A stretch of DNA of 32,000 bases from Pasteurella multocida (GTDB taxonomy: Bacteria > Pseudomonadota > Gammaproteobacteria > Enterobacterales > Pasteurellaceae). Below the pieces are notes generated by a model. That model worked only from the letters and a program-made list of their open reading frames with translations. It was not told the origin of the DNA and made no database searches. Shown here piece by piece: positions 11,969-24,077 of the stretch. The stretch covers positions 540,001 to 572,000 of the forward strand of contig NZ_LT906458.1 of assembly GCF_900187275.1 (NCBI RefSeq). The letters run 5' to 3'. Position 1 is the stretch's first letter, and each line of letters opens with the position of its first letter. The translations under genes and the position numbers were made by a program.

Positions 11969-12436
11969 TTATATACTGCTTTCAAATAAATTTCGGATAC
12001 TTTTGATTAAATCTGCAATATTGGCATCTAAAGTGGGGGTGACAAAAATCGTATCATCACCTGCGATTGTTCCTAAGATGCCGTCGGCTTTACCAATCGA
12101 GTCGAGCAGTCGCGCAATTAATTGGGCTGCACCAGGCGTCGTTCTTATTACGACAACAAAATGGTTGTGATCAATGTCTAGAACTAAATTTTTCAGTGGG
12201 CTTTTGGTATTTGGCACACTGAGTTCATTTGGCAAGCAATAAACCATTTCCATGCGGGTATTGCGTGTTCTGACCGCGCCAAATTTGGTTAACATTCGTG
12301 AGACTTTCGATTGGTTAATCTGTGTAAAACCAAGCTCTTGTAAGGCTTGTACAATCTCGCTTTGTGAGCCAAATCGTTCCTGGGCAAGAAGATCTTTAAA
12401 GGCATTGAGTAAGTTATCTTGTTTCTCGTAATTCAT
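11969..12436 (-). CDS. argR: Arginine repressor
   Basis: [36 protein letters not shown] and C-terminal [11 protein letters not shown]; start at MNYEKQ (12436) rather than 12487. Confidence 0.93.
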   Translation of the reverse strand: MNYEKQDNLLNAFKDLLAQERFGSQSEIVQALQELGFTQINQSKVSRMLTKFGAVRTRNTRMEMVYCLPNELSVPNTKSPLKNLVLDIDHNHFVVVIRTTPGAAQLIARLLDSIGKADGILGTIAGDDTIFVTPTLDANIADLIKSIRNLFESSI

Positions 12437-12460
12437 AGTGGGGGTTCCTTTCACCAGATA

Positions 12461-12498
12461 ATGCAATGATCTTGCATAAATTTGCATAAATATGCAAA
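12461..12498. promoter_or_regulatory. Candidate ARG box pair in argR/mdh intergenic region
   Basis: TGCATAAATATGCA (12483-12496) matches TGNATWWWWATNCA, inside near-palindrome TTTGCATAAATATGCAAA; weaker ATGCAATGATCTTGCAT at 12461-12477. Confidence 0.55.
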
Positions 12499-12551
12499 TG
12501 AATTCCGCCGTCTTGTTTTGTTTTTATGCAAATAAGAGGCTTTTTTTGTGA

Positions 12552-12575
12552 AAATTTGAGTTAGATCTCACTATT
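12552..12575. promoter_or_regulatory. Candidate CRP site upstream of mdh
   Basis: AAATTTGAGTTAGATCTCACTATT resembles AAATGTGATCTAGATCACATTT; TTGAG-N6-CTCAC symmetry. Confidence 0.35.
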
Positions 12576-12654
12576 GCATTTCTTTATTTGAAATTGGTTG
12601 TGGTTCATTCTAAAATCATAGGTATTTAGTTTATTAACCCATAAGGAGTAGCAA

Positions 12655-13590
12655 ATGAAAGTTGCAGTTCTAGGTGCCGCAGGTGGTATTGGTCAAGCGT
12701 TAGCATTATTATTGAAATTACAATTACCAGCCGGTTCAGAGTTATCATTATATGATATTGCCCCCGTGACACCAGGTGTTGCTGCGGATGTCAGCCATAT
12801 TCCAACAGCTGTAAAAGTGCAAGGATTTGCCGGTGAAGATCCAACACCTGCATTACAAGGGGCTGATGTAGTATTAATTTCTGCAGGTGTTGCACGTAAA
12901 CCGGGTATGGATCGTTCTGATTTATTTAATATTAATGCCGGTATCGTGCGTAACTTAATTGAGAAAGTTGCGCAAGTTTGTCCAAAAGCTTGTGTGGGGA
13001 TTATTACTAATCCAGTGAATACGACAGTAGCAATTGCGGCTGAAGTATTGAAAAAAGCGGGTGTTTACGATAAGCGTAAATTATTCGGTGTAACCACATT
13101 AGATATTATTCGTTCTGAAACCTTTGTATCAGAATTGAAAAATTTAGAGCCAGCGCGCACGACAGTGCCTGTGATTGGTGGGCATTCTGGTGTCACCATT
13201 CTTCCATTACTTTCTCAAGTCCAATACGCAGAGTGGAATGAAGCGGAAATTGCACCATTAACAAAACGTATTCAAAATGCGGGTACCGAAGTGGTCGAAG
13301 CAAAAGCGGGTGGTGGTTCAGCAACGTTATCCATGGCACAAGCCGCAGCACGTTTTGCACTTTCTTTAGTTAAAGGCTTAAATGGGGAAAATGTAGTTGA
13401 ATGTACTTATGTGGAAGGTGATGGCAAATATGCCCGTTTCTTTGCTCAGCCTGTTCGTTTAGGTAAAGAAGGGGTTGAAGAAATCCTGCCATTAGGACCA
13501 TTGAGTGCATTTGAACAACACGCATTAGATGCAATGTTAGAAACATTACGTGCGGATATTGAATTAGGCGAGAAATTTGTCAATCAATAA
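12655..13590 (+). CDS. mdh: Malate dehydrogenase
   Basis: [21 protein letters not shown]; [13 protein letters not shown]; [18 protein letters not shown]. Confidence 0.96.
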   Translation: MKVAVLGAAGGIGQALALLLKLQLPAGSELSLYDIAPVTPGVAADVSHIPTAVKVQGFAGEDPTPALQGADVVLISAGVARKPGMDRSDLFNINAGIVRNLIEKVAQVCPKACVGIITNPVNTTVAIAAEVLKKAGVYDKRKLFGVTTLDIIRSETFVSELKNLEPARTTVPVIGGHSGVTILPLLSQVQYAEWNEAEIAPLTKRIQNAGTEVVEAKAGGGSATLSMAQAAARFALSLVKGLNGENVVECTYVEGDGKYARFFAQPVRLGKEGVEEILPLGPLSAFEQHALDAMLETLRADIELGEKFVNQ

Positions 13591-13615
13591 TCTGTGACAG
13601 GAAAAAGTGATTTCT

Positions 13616-13645
13616 AAAGAGTATCAAGATTTATTGATACTCTTT
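13616..13645 (+). terminator. mdh terminator
   Basis: Perfect 12-bp stem AAAGAGTATCAA GATTTA TTGATACTCTTT followed by Ts. Confidence 0.9.
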
Positions 13646-13726
13646 TTTTATCACAGCTAAGCCGAAATCATTTTTACTTTTTTATCTTAAAAGCGTGAAT
13701 TAGTTCACACTATTGAAAATACCCAT

Positions 13727-13840
13727 TTGCTAACTAAGGTTTATTTTCGTATTCTGTGTCTAGCTAAAAATAAGTGCTATAAAAAATAGCCGACATATTT
13801 TGCTTTCCGAGTAGTGCCTTGTTTCAAGGCACTTTTTTTT
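13727..13840 (+). ncRNA. Candidate small RNA: promoter TTGCTA-N17-TATTCT to orphan terminator
   Basis: -35 at 13727-13732, -10 at 13750-13755, terminator GTGCCTTG TTT CAAGGCAC plus T run at 13814-13840; transcript would be about 80 nt. Confidence 0.35.
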
Positions 13841-13848
13841 GTTTCAAA

Positions 13849-13874
13849 AAAAGCTGATATTTCTATCAGCTTTT
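13849..13874 (-). terminator. argS terminator
   Basis: Perfect 11-bp stem AAAAGCTGATA TTTC TATCAGCTTTT; T run when read on minus strand. Confidence 0.85.
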
Positions 13875-13891
13875 GTGATTGCCTTCGATGA

Positions 13892-15625
13892 TTACATCTT
13901 ATCAACAGTCTTAATACCCAACAAATCGAGTCCTTGTTTTAAGGTTTTTTCTGTTAATAATGCCAGTTTTAAGCGACTGCGTTTAATTTGTTCATCTTCA
14001 TTATTCAGAATTGGGCAGTGTTCATAGAATGAAGAAAAGACACCTGCTAATTCATATAAATAGGTACACAACACATGAGGTGTGCCTTCTTTGGCAACAA
14101 ATTGGATTGCTTCTTCAAATTGTAACAATTTAATCGCCAACAAGCGCTCTTTTTCATTGCTGAGCACAACAGGACTTTCGCTAAGATCCTGTTCATTTAG
14201 TTCACTACGATTGAAGATAGAGCGAATACGGGTATAGGCATATTGCATATACGGTGCGGTATTCCCTTCAAAGCTGAGCATATTATCCCAATCAAACACA
14301 TAATCTGTAGTTCGATTTTTAGAGAGGTCAGCATATTTGACAGAACCAATCGCAACCGCTTCAATGACCGCCGCTTTTTCTTGTGCGGAAAGTGCGGTGC
14401 TTTTTTCCTGAATTAATTGGGTGGCACGTTCAACTGCTTCGTCGAGTAAATCTGCCAGTTTTACCGTTCCCCCAGTACGCGTTTTGAAAGGCTTTCCGTC
14501 TTTGCCTAACATCATCCCAAAGTTTTTATGTTCTAATTGGAAGCTGTCTGGCACATAACCTGCTTTACGTGTGATTAACCAAGCCTGTTGCATATGTTGG
14601 CTTTGACGTGTATCTGAAAATACCAGTGCGCGATCCGCTTTTAACGTTTCATAGCGGTATTTGGCTGCCGCAATATCTGTGGTGGTGTACAGAAATCCGC
14701 CATCTTTTTTCTGGACAATCACCCCCATTGGTTCCCCTTCTTTATTTTTAAACTCATCAAGGTAAACCACGAATGCCCCTTCGTCTTCAACGGCAAGACC
14801 TTGTTGTTTCAGATCCGCGACGATATCGGACAACATGGGATTGTATAAACTTTCTCCCATGACATCCTTTTCGGTCAATGTGACATTTAAGCGGTCATAA
14901 TTGTGTTGATTTTGTTGCATGGTGATATCAACTAATTTTTTCCACATAGTGCGACAATATTCATCACCACTTTGTAATTTCACCACATAGTTACGCGCTT
15001 TTTCCGCAAAAACGGGGTCCGAGTCATAATGTTCTTTCGCCGCACGATAGAAGGCTTCTAAATCGCTCAGTTCCATTTCACTGGCACTTTCATTTTCAAC
15101 TTTTTCTAGGTAAGCAATCAACATACCGAATTGGGTTCCCCAGTCACCCACATGGTTAGCACGAATCACTTTATTACCTAAAAATTCGAGTGTTCGTACG
15201 ACAGCATCACCAATGATAGTGGAGCGTAAGTGACCCACATGCATTTCTTTGGCAACATTTGGTGAGGAATAATCGGCAACAACGGTTTGTGTTTCTGTGG
15301 CTTGGATACCGAGTTTGTCATCGTTGACGGCAAGGCTGATTTGTTCAGCTAACCAATTTTTATCTAAGAAAAGATTAATAAAACCAGGACCCGCGATTTC
15401 GATTTTTTCAGCTATTTCGCTTAAATCAAGTTGTTCGATAACTTGTTGTGCGAATTCACGCGGATTACGTCCAAGCTTTTTCGCTGCCGCCATAATGCCA
15501 TTAGCTTGATAGTCACCAAATTGTACTTTTGCTGATTGGCGAACTAAAGCATCGGATTGGGTATCTGCACCGCTAGCAATCATGGCTTGTTGAATTTTAT
15601 GAGATAAAATAGATTGAATATTCAC
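13892..15625 (-). CDS. argS: Arginyl-tRNA synthetase
   Basis: [35 protein letters not shown]; [11 protein letters not shown]; C-terminal LGIKTVDKM. Confidence 0.96.
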   Translation of the reverse strand: MNIQSILSHKIQQAMIASGADTQSDALVRQSAKVQFGDYQANGIMAAAKKLGRNPREFAQQVIEQLDLSEIAEKIEIAGPGFINLFLDKNWLAEQISLAVNDDKLGIQATETQTVVADYSSPNVAKEMHVGHLRSTIIGDAVVRTLEFLGNKVIRANHVGDWGTQFGMLIAYLEKVENESASEMELSDLEAFYRAAKEHYDSDPVFAEKARNYVVKLQSGDEYCRTMWKKLVDITMQQNQHNYDRLNVTLTEKDVMGESLYNPMLSDIVADLKQQGLAVEDEGAFVVYLDEFKNKEGEPMGVIVQKKDGGFLYTTTDIAAAKYRYETLKADRALVFSDTRQSQHMQQAWLITRKAGYVPDSFQLEHKNFGMMLGKDGKPFKTRTGGTVKLADLLDEAVERATQLIQEKSTALSAQEKAAVIEAVAIGSVKYADLSKNRTTDYVFDWDNMLSFEGNTAPYMQYAYTRIRSIFNRSELNEQDLSESPVVLSNEKERLLAIKLLQFEEAIQFVAKEGTPHVLCTYLYELAGVFSSFYEHCPILNNEDEQIKRSRLKLALLTEKTLKQGLDLLGIKTVDKM

Positions 15626-15711
15626 CGTTTTATACCTAAGAATAACAATTAATAAAATAATCGGTTATGATACCGTTCTTTCCTTATTCAGAAAAGATAA
15701 AGCGAGAAAAA

Positions 15712-16302
15712 ATGATAACTTTTAATCCTTCACATGATTTATGCAATCAATATGCTGAACATTTCGTACAATTTCGTACCTTTGAACACAATATTCAGCA
15801 ATTAGCAGAAATCATGCACTTAGATCTTTCTCAATATGAAATCGATCACATTGCATTGCGTGTTAACACGGAACAAAGTGCAAAATATTGGCTGACACTC
15901 TTATTAAAATACGGTACAATTTTGTCCGATAATCTGGTGAATGGACGGATTATTTATTTGATCAAGTTAGATAGCCCCTTGCTGTTTTTGGGACAATCTA
16001 TTGATGTTATTGAATTACCTTTTCCTAAAAATAAGAGTTATCTCGTTGAAGGATGGGAACATATTGAAATTGTGATGCCATTTTTGCCACATGAAACGGT
16101 AGAAAAATGGGTTGCGCGGATCAATCATACGTTTTTATGGGAACTATCGGATAATTTAAACGTCAAATTGAGTGAACCTCGAGTGGAAGGCGAACAATTA
16201 CTTAATCCATCGATTGCCGTCAGCTTTGTGGATAAGCAACACAATCCTACTTGTATTAAAGTTCACCCTTATCACATAAAAAAAATTATTGAGGCTGAGT
16301 AA
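15712..16302 (+). CDS. YecM-like VOC-fold family protein
   Basis: MITFNPSHDLCNQYAEHFVQF...IDHIALRVNT...VEGWEHIEIVMPF; internal start at 15712 preferred over 15667. Confidence 0.75.
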   Translation: MITFNPSHDLCNQYAEHFVQFRTFEHNIQQLAEIMHLDLSQYEIDHIALRVNTEQSAKYWLTLLLKYGTILSDNLVNGRIIYLIKLDSPLLFLGQSIDVIELPFPKNKSYLVEGWEHIEIVMPFLPHETVEKWVARINHTFLWELSDNLNVKLSEPRVEGEQLLNPSIAVSFVDKQHNPTCIKVHPYHIKKIIEAE

Positions 16303-16303
16303 A

Positions 16304-16610
16304 ATGAAGAAAGCAGCGGTATTAGCAGTGGTATTAAGTTTAGGATTAGCAGGCTGTAGTAAAAATTATAATGACCAATATCATGGTAATGGTTATCGTG
16401 CAGAAATCACTATTTAGTGAATACAATGGCGAAAATTTAACCTTAACTGTGCGTAAAAATAATTGCGAACATGAAGATGGTCCAATTGAAACAATACAAA
16501 TTGGACATAAATACGATTCAACTTTGGTTGTCGGTGCTTGTGTTCGAGTACTTGACAATAATGAAGGATTAAAGAACATTTCTACCTTTAATCCAAGATC
16601 ACCTTTATAA
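16304..16610 (+). pseudogene. Remnant of a SlyB/Pcp-like lipoprotein gene
   Basis: Lipobox peptide MKKAAVLAVVLSLGLAGCSKNYNDQYHGNGYRAEITI* (16304-16417); a second frame carries NGENLTLTVRKNN...HKYDSTLVVGACVRV, similar to the C-terminus of the next gene; glycine-rich centre missing. Confidence 0.65.
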
Positions 16611-16637
16611 TAATTCTATTTTTAAAGTAGGAGTTCT

Positions 16638-17102
16638 ATGAAAAAAGTAACATTTGCCTTAGCTATTTTAATGAGTTTAGGCTTAGCAGGTTGCGCTAAC
16701 ACCGACATTTACAGTGGTAATGTGTACGAAGGTAATCAAGCAAAAGAAGTACGTTCAATTTCTTATGGTACGATTGTTTCTAGTCGTCCTGTCAAAATTC
16801 AAGCTGATAGCCAAGGAGTTCTTGGTGGCTTTGGTGGCGGTGCGCTAGGGGGTATCGTAGGTTCTGGTATCGGTGGTGGTACTGGTCAAATGATTGCAAC
16901 GACAGTTGGAGCAATTGCTGGTGCAGTTATTGGCGCGAAAGCGGAAGAAAAATTGAACCAAGTAGATTCTTTAGAATTAGTGATCAAAAAAGACAACGGA
17001 CAAGAAATCGTTGTTGTACAAAAATATGATCAAAGCTTAGTTCCAGGTGCGCGTGTGCGTATCGTAGGTGGTTCTAAAGTGAATGTATCTGTGATTCATT
17101 AA
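16638..17102 (+). CDS. SlyB/Pcp-like glycine-zipper outer membrane lipoprotein
   Basis: Lipobox LGLAGC, glycine-zipper region GGFGGGALGGIVGSGIGGGTGQMIATTVGAIAGAVIGAKAEEK, KYDQSLVPGARVRIVG. Confidence 0.88.
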   Translation: MKKVTFALAILMSLGLAGCANTDIYSGNVYEGNQAKEVRSISYGTIVSSRPVKIQADSQGVLGGFGGGALGGIVGSGIGGGTGQMIATTVGAIAGAVIGAKAEEKLNQVDSLELVIKKDNGQEIVVVQKYDQSLVPGARVRIVGGSKVNVSVIH

Positions 17103-17120
17103 GATTTCTTTTATTCATGA

Positions 17121-17152
17121 AAAGGCTTTCAGTAACTTAACTGAAGGCCTTT
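17121..17152 (+). terminator. Terminator after SlyB-like gene
   Basis: AAAGGCTTTCAGT AACTTA ACTGAAGGCCTTT plus T-rich tail. Confidence 0.85.
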
Positions 17153-17266
17153 TTCTTTTACTCTTAGAAACAGATTATTGGCAATATTTCTATAATTTCT
17201 TTCACAATACATGTTAGAATTATTCGATTTTTTATTTCGTTTTTGTTAATTCAGTAAGGTTAAGGA

Positions 17267-18349
17267 ATGAAACCCACAATTATCAGTAAATTAGAAAGTT
17301 TGAAAGAGCGCCACGAGGAGCTAGAAGCACTATTGGGTGAGGCTTCTGTTATCAGTGATCAAGATAAATTTCGAGCTTACTCAAAAGAATATGCACAATT
17401 AGAAGATGTGGTGAAATGTTTTGCTCGTTGGAATCAATTAAACAGTAATATGGAAGAAGCGCAACTTTTACTCGATGATCCTAGCATGAAAGAAATGGCG
17501 CAAGAAGAAATTGAAGCATGTAAAACAGAAATCGAACAAGTTGAACAACAATTACAAATTTTATTGCTGCCAAAAGATCCAAATGATGAATATAACTGCT
17601 ATCTAGAAATTCGTGCTGGAACAGGTGGGGATGAAGCCGGGATTTTTGCTGGCGATTTATTCCGTATGTATAGCCGTTATGCAGAAAGTAAACGTTGGAA
17701 AGTAGAAGTATTAAGTGCCAATGAAAGTGAGCAGGGTGGTTATAAAGAAATTATTGTGAAGGTCAATGGTGAAGGTGTTTATGGGCAATTAAAATTTGAG
17801 TCAGGTGGTCACCGTGTTCAGCGTGTTCCTAAGACCGAATCACAAGGCCGCATTCATACCTCTGCTTGTACCGTTGCTGTGATGCCAGAGTTACCTGAGT
17901 CTGAGTTACCAGAAATCAATCCATCTGATTTACGTATTGATACTTACCGTTCTTCAGGGGCGGGTGGTCAGCACGTGAATACCACAGATTCGGCGGTGCG
18001 TATTACTCATATTCCAACGGGAATTGTGGTCGAGTGTCAAGATGAGCGTTCGCAGCATAAAAACAAAGCGAAAGCCATGTCTGTATTAGCTTCACGTATT
18101 GTTCAGGCGGAAAAAGAACGTCAAGAGCAAGCTCAAGCGGATACCCGTCGTAATTTATTGGGTTCTGGTGACCGATCAGACAAAATCCGCACCTACAACT
18201 ATCCACAAGGTCGTGTGACAGATCACCGTATTAACTTAACGGTTTACCGCTTAGATGAAGTGATGAATGGTAAAATTGATGAATTAATTCAACCAATTAT
18301 TACTGAATATCAAGCAGATCAACTTGCTGCCTTGTCAGAGCAAGCCTAA
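17267..18349 (+). CDS. prfA: Peptide chain release factor 1
   Basis: [16 protein letters not shown]; [28 protein letters not shown]. Confidence 0.97.
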   Translation: MKPTIISKLESLKERHEELEALLGEASVISDQDKFRAYSKEYAQLEDVVKCFARWNQLNSNMEEAQLLLDDPSMKEMAQEEIEACKTEIEQVEQQLQILLLPKDPNDEYNCYLEIRAGTGGDEAGIFAGDLFRMYSRYAESKRWKVEVLSANESEQGGYKEIIVKVNGEGVYGQLKFESGGHRVQRVPKTESQGRIHTSACTVAVMPELPESELPEINPSDLRIDTYRSSGAGGQHVNTTDSAVRITHIPTGIVVECQDERSQHKNKAKAMSVLASRIVQAEKERQEQAQADTRRNLLGSGDRSDKIRTYNYPQGRVTDHRINLTVYRLDEVMNGKIDELIQPIITEYQADQLAALSEQA

Positions 18350-18407
18350 TAGATATTAAAGCGAAATCTGTAGGTGATGGATATAAACATATTCAAATGA
18401 TTAAATA

Positions 18408-19304
18408 ATGACGTATCAAGAATGGCGACAATTCGCTGAACATGTATTGATGAAAAATAAGGAGAACGATCCTTTTTTAGATGTAAAAAGTGAGAGTGTT
18501 CTCTTATTACAAACCGTCACTAAACGTTCAAAAGCGAGTATTCTCGCTTTTTCAGAAACAGTGCTAACGGAAGTAGAATTACAGCAGTTAGCACAACTTT
18601 TAATGCGTCGTGCTAAAGGTGAGCCGATTGCCTATATTCTCGGGGAAAAAGCATTTTGGTCATTGTCATTGAAAGTGTCAGAACACACGTTGATTCCTCG
18701 TCCAGATACTGAAGTTTTAGTGGAGCATGCGTTAGACTTCGCAAAACAACGAGTGACTTCAGCGCACGTTTCCGGCGAACTTTCAATACTCGATTTAGGC
18801 ACAGGAACGGGGGCAATTGCATTAGCCTTAGCGGCAGAATTGACGCCGTTAACGCAAAAGTGCGGTATCAATTTAAATATTTTGGCTGTTGATCGCATTG
18901 CAGAAGCGGTCGCCTTAGCAAAAGACAATGCCAAGCAAAATGACTTAAAGGTTAACTTTTTACAAAGTGTGTGGTTTGATGCACTTAATCCAGAGATTCG
19001 CTTTGATTTGATTGTCAGTAACCCCCCTTACATTGATAAAAACGACCCGCATTTGACACAAGGTGATGTCCGTTTTGAGCCTTTATCTGCCTTAGTCGCC
19101 GCGGAAGAGGGGTATGCCGATATCCGCCATATTATTGAACAAGCCCCTTTGTTTTTAAAGCCACAAGGGGCGTTATTACTCGAACATGGCTGGCAACAAG
19201 CTGAAAAAGTGCGGTCAATTTTTCAAAAAAATTTATGGCATAAAGTTGCGACGCTAAAAGATTATAGTGGGAATGAAAGGGTAACCTTAGGTTGTTGGAG
19301 GTGA
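18408..19304 (+). CDS. prmC: Release factor glutamine methyltransferase
   Basis: LDLGTGTGAIALAL, catalytic NPPYI, directly downstream of prfA. Confidence 0.95.
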   Translation: MTYQEWRQFAEHVLMKNKENDPFLDVKSESVLLLQTVTKRSKASILAFSETVLTEVELQQLAQLLMRRAKGEPIAYILGEKAFWSLSLKVSEHTLIPRPDTEVLVEHALDFAKQRVTSAHVSGELSILDLGTGTGAIALALAAELTPLTQKCGINLNILAVDRIAEAVALAKDNAKQNDLKVNFLQSVWFDALNPEIRFDLIVSNPPYIDKNDPHLTQGDVRFEPLSALVAAEEGYADIRHIIEQAPLFLKPQGALLLEHGWQQAEKVRSIFQKNLWHKVATLKDYSGNERVTLGCWR

Positions 19305-19309
19305 GTAGA

Positions 19310-20972
<1,663 letters not shown>

Positions 20973-20987
20973 TTTGTGTGAAAAACG

Positions 20988-21017
20988 AAAGCCCTGCCTT
21001 TTCTGAGGTAGGGCTTT
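20988..21017 (+). terminator. kdsA terminator
   Basis: AAAGCCCTGCCT / AGGTAGGGCTTT plus T run. Confidence 0.88.
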
Positions 21018-21154
21018 TTTATATGTCTATATTATTCATAAAAGTCACTTATTTTTGAATGTATTGCAAAAATTTATTATTGCGCAAATTTCTATTTGCT
21101 ATCTGAAATTAAATTGGACAGAATAGAAATGCTGATAACAAAAAGGAGTGAATA

Positions 21155-22105
21155 ATGTTAAAAATTGTTTTTCTAGATAGTACCGCGATACCTAAACATA
21201 TCCCGATTCCTCGCCCAAATTTTCCACATCAATGGGTTGAATATGAGCATACGACACCAGATCAAGTCGTAGAACGTATGCAAGATGTAGACATTGCGGT
21301 AACCAGTAAAGTCCTCTTTAGTCGTGAAGTGATGCAACAATTACCTAAATTAAAATTAATCGCGATTACGGCAACAGGGACCAATAATGTGGATTTGGTG
21401 GCTGCACAAGAACTTGGAATCACGGTGAAAAATGTGACAGGGTATTCATCTACAACCGTACCAGAGCATGTGATAGGTCTGATATATGCGCTCAAACACA
21501 GTATTATGAGCTGGTATCGCGATCAGTTATCTGCAAAATGGGCAGATTGCAAACAATTTTGTTACTTTGATTATCCGATTACAGATGTGAAAGGCTCAAC
21601 CCTTGGTGTCGTGGGACGAGGCTGTTTAGGTTCTGAAATCGGTCGATTAGCGACCGCACTTGGCATGAATGTACTTTATGCTGAACATAAAGGTGCGAAA
21701 ACATGTCGTGAGGGTTATACCCCCTTTGAAGACGTGTTAGCACAAGCGGATATCTTGACATTACATTGCCCATTGACGGACACCACACAAAATCTGATCA
21801 ATCAAGACACGTTAGCTTTGATGAAAAAAGGCGCATTTTTAATTAATACAGGGCGTGGTCCTTTAGTGGATGAACAAGCGTTAGTCGCTGCGTTAGAAAG
21901 TGGACATCTTGGTGGTGCCGCGGTTGATGTGTTAGTGAAAGAACCGCCTGAAAAAAACAACCCAATTATCCAAGCTGCCACACGTTTGCCTAATTTAATT
22001 GTTACCCCGCATATTGCTTGGGCATCCGACAGTGCGGTTACTACCTTAGTGAATAAGGTGAAACAAAACATTGAAGACTTTGTAAAAAATGAGCAGATTG
22101 CTTAA
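21155..22105 (+). CDS. D-isomer specific 2-hydroxyacid dehydrogenase, glycerate dehydrogenase-like
   Basis: ITATGTNNVDLVAA; LGVVGRGCLGSEIGRLA; LINTGRGPLVDEQALVAALESGHLGGAAVDVL; VTPHIAWAS. Confidence 0.88.
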   Translation: MLKIVFLDSTAIPKHIPIPRPNFPHQWVEYEHTTPDQVVERMQDVDIAVTSKVLFSREVMQQLPKLKLIAITATGTNNVDLVAAQELGITVKNVTGYSSTTVPEHVIGLIYALKHSIMSWYRDQLSAKWADCKQFCYFDYPITDVKGSTLGVVGRGCLGSEIGRLATALGMNVLYAEHKGAKTCREGYTPFEDVLAQADILTLHCPLTDTTQNLINQDTLALMKKGAFLINTGRGPLVDEQALVAALESGHLGGAAVDVLVKEPPEKNNPIIQAATRLPNLIVTPHIAWASDSAVTTLVNKVKQNIEDFVKNEQIA

Positions 22106-22112
22106 CTAAATT

Positions 22113-22163
22113 AAATATCGTGATGTTGTTGTATGTTGTTTATGCAATAATAGCACGATATTT
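22113..22163 (+). terminator. Possible long-loop terminator before lolC
   Basis: AAATATCGTG (22113-22122) / CACGATATTT (22154-22163) followed by Ts; 31-nt loop. Confidence 0.4.
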
Positions 22164-22186
22164 TTTATGACTTGATTTTGGTAAAA

Positions 22187-23377
22187 ATGAAATTTTCTGT
22201 TCCTTTATTCATTGCATTGCGTTACTGGCGAGCAAAAAGTGCGGACCGTTTTGGACGTCTGGTTACCAATCTGGCCAGTATTGGTATTGTGTTGGGCGTG
22301 ATGGCATTGATCATTGTGTTGTCAGTGATGAATGGCTTAGAACAACATCAAAAGAAGCATGTCTTAGCAAACATTCCACACGCCATTGTTATGCCAGCAA
22401 CACAACGCATTACATTAACAGATGAAATGATTGTATTACCGCCTTTTGTGCAAAAAGCGGTGCCGATCAATCAAACACAAGTGATTTTACAAACAGCGAC
22501 AGGCGTGAGTGCAGGTCAAGTCATTGGTGTACAACAATCGGCTGATGATCCTTTATTAATGGATATGTTGAGCCCTGATTTTGAACAAATTCTACCACCA
22601 GGTGCCTTTAATTTAGTGATTGGGGTGCAACTCGCACAAAAATTACAGCTACATATTGGCGATAAAGTGCGTTTGATGATGACGGAAAACAGTCAATATA
22701 CCCCTTTCGGTCGTGTTCCCGTACAACGTCTGTTTACGGTCAGTGATATTTATTATTCAGGAGATGAAGCATCGAGTTATGAAGTTTTTGCTCATTTATC
22801 TGATATTGGACGTTTAATGCGCATTCAACCTGAGCAGGCACAAGGCTATCGTTTATTTCTGCAAGACCCTTTCCAAATTACTGAACTTCCACAATATTTT
22901 GCTGAGCAATCTTGGCAATTATACGACTGGCGTCAACAAAAAGGCGAATTTTTCCAAGCGGTGCGTATGGAAAAAAACATGATGGGACTCTTAATTAGCT
23001 TAATTATTGTTGTGGCAGTTTCTAATATTGTGACATCACTTAGCCTTATGGTCGTGGATAAACAAGGCGAGATCGCGATTTTACAAACACAAGGACTTAA
23101 TAAACGCCAAGTGCGGTCGATTTTTATTTATCAAGGTTGTTTGGTCGGTTTTGTTGGTACCGTGATTGGTGCCATATTAGGTGTTCTCGTGACGCTAAAC
23201 TTAGATAGGCTAGTCGGTTGGTTCAATTCTGCGGATATTTATTTACCGACGGCATTTGATCCGCTCCAGTTCATGATTATTTTATTTTTTTCGTTATTAT
23301 TATCTTTAATTTCCACAATTTATCCTGCTTATCGTGCAGCGCAAATTGATCCGGCAGAAGCACTACGTTATGAATAA
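22187..23377 (+). CDS. lolC: Lipoprotein-releasing ABC transporter permease LolC
   Basis: [50 protein letters not shown]; first gene of a lolCDE cluster. Confidence 0.92.
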   Translation: MKFSVPLFIALRYWRAKSADRFGRLVTNLASIGIVLGVMALIIVLSVMNGLEQHQKKHVLANIPHAIVMPATQRITLTDEMIVLPPFVQKAVPINQTQVILQTATGVSAGQVIGVQQSADDPLLMDMLSPDFEQILPPGAFNLVIGVQLAQKLQLHIGDKVRLMMTENSQYTPFGRVPVQRLFTVSDIYYSGDEASSYEVFAHLSDIGRLMRIQPEQAQGYRLFLQDPFQITELPQYFAEQSWQLYDWRQQKGEFFQAVRMEKNMMGLLISLIIVVAVSNIVTSLSLMVVDKQGEIAILQTQGLNKRQVRSIFIYQGCLVGFVGTVIGAILGVLVTLNLDRLVGWFNSADIYLPTAFDPLQFMIILFFSLLLSLISTIYPAYRAAQIDPAEALRYE

Positions 23378-24077
23378 GAAGGCAAACTTGGATATGAAAT
23401 CACACTTATTACATTGTCAGCATATTACAAAATATTATCAAGAAGGGGCGCAACAGACACAAGTTTTAAAAGACGTCTCTTTTTCGATGCAAGCAGGGGA
23501 GCTTGTCGCTATTGTCGGGAGTTCAGGGTCGGGGAAAAGCACACTCTTGCACGTGTTAGGGGGATTAGATCAGCCGACGAGTGGTGAAGTCTTTATTCAA
23601 AATCAATCATTGCAGAAAATTAATGCGAATCAGTTAGCGCAATTACGTAACCAATATTTAGGGTTTGTTTATCAATTTCATCATTTAATGGCGGATTTTA
23701 GCGCGCTTGAAAATGTGATGATGCCCATGTTAATTGGTAAGCAAAATAGATCGGAAGCGCAAGATCGTGCAGAAAAAATGTTAACTGCGGTGGGTTTATC
23801 ACATCGTATCTCACATCGCCCGTCCGCCCTTTCTGGTGGAGAAAGACAGCGCGTTGCCATTGCGCGCTCATTGGTCAATCATCCCGCTTTGGTGCTGGCT
23901 GATGAACCTACTGGTAACTTAGATCGGAAAACCACAGAAAGTATTTTCGATCTGATTAAACAACTCAATCACGAACAAAATATTGCGTTTTTATTAGTCA
24001 CACATGATTTAGTGCTAGCCGAAAAACTATCGCGTCGTTTAGTGATGCAAGATGGTGTATTACGTGAGGAGCATTAA
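23370..24077 (+). CDS. lolD: Lipoprotein-releasing ABC transporter ATPase LolD
   Basis: Walker [39 protein letters not shown]; start overlaps lolC stop (alternative 23394). Confidence 0.94.
   Translation: MNKKANLDMKSHLLHCQHITKYYQEGAQQTQVLKDVSFSMQAGELVAIVGSSGSGKSTLLHVLGGLDQPTSGEVFIQNQSLQKINANQLAQLRNQYLGFVYQFHHLMADFSALENVMMPMLIGKQNRSEAQDRAEKMLTAVGLSHRISHRPSALSGGERQRVAIARSLVNHPALVLADEPTGNLDRKTTESIFDLIKQLNHEQNIAFLLVTHDLVLAEKLSRRLVMQDGVLREEH

Noticed and set aside
11602-12006. 134-aa plus-strand ORF antisense to the yfcH-like gene
   Set aside because: Runs opposite a well-supported CDS with no recognisable domain or ribosome-binding site of note.
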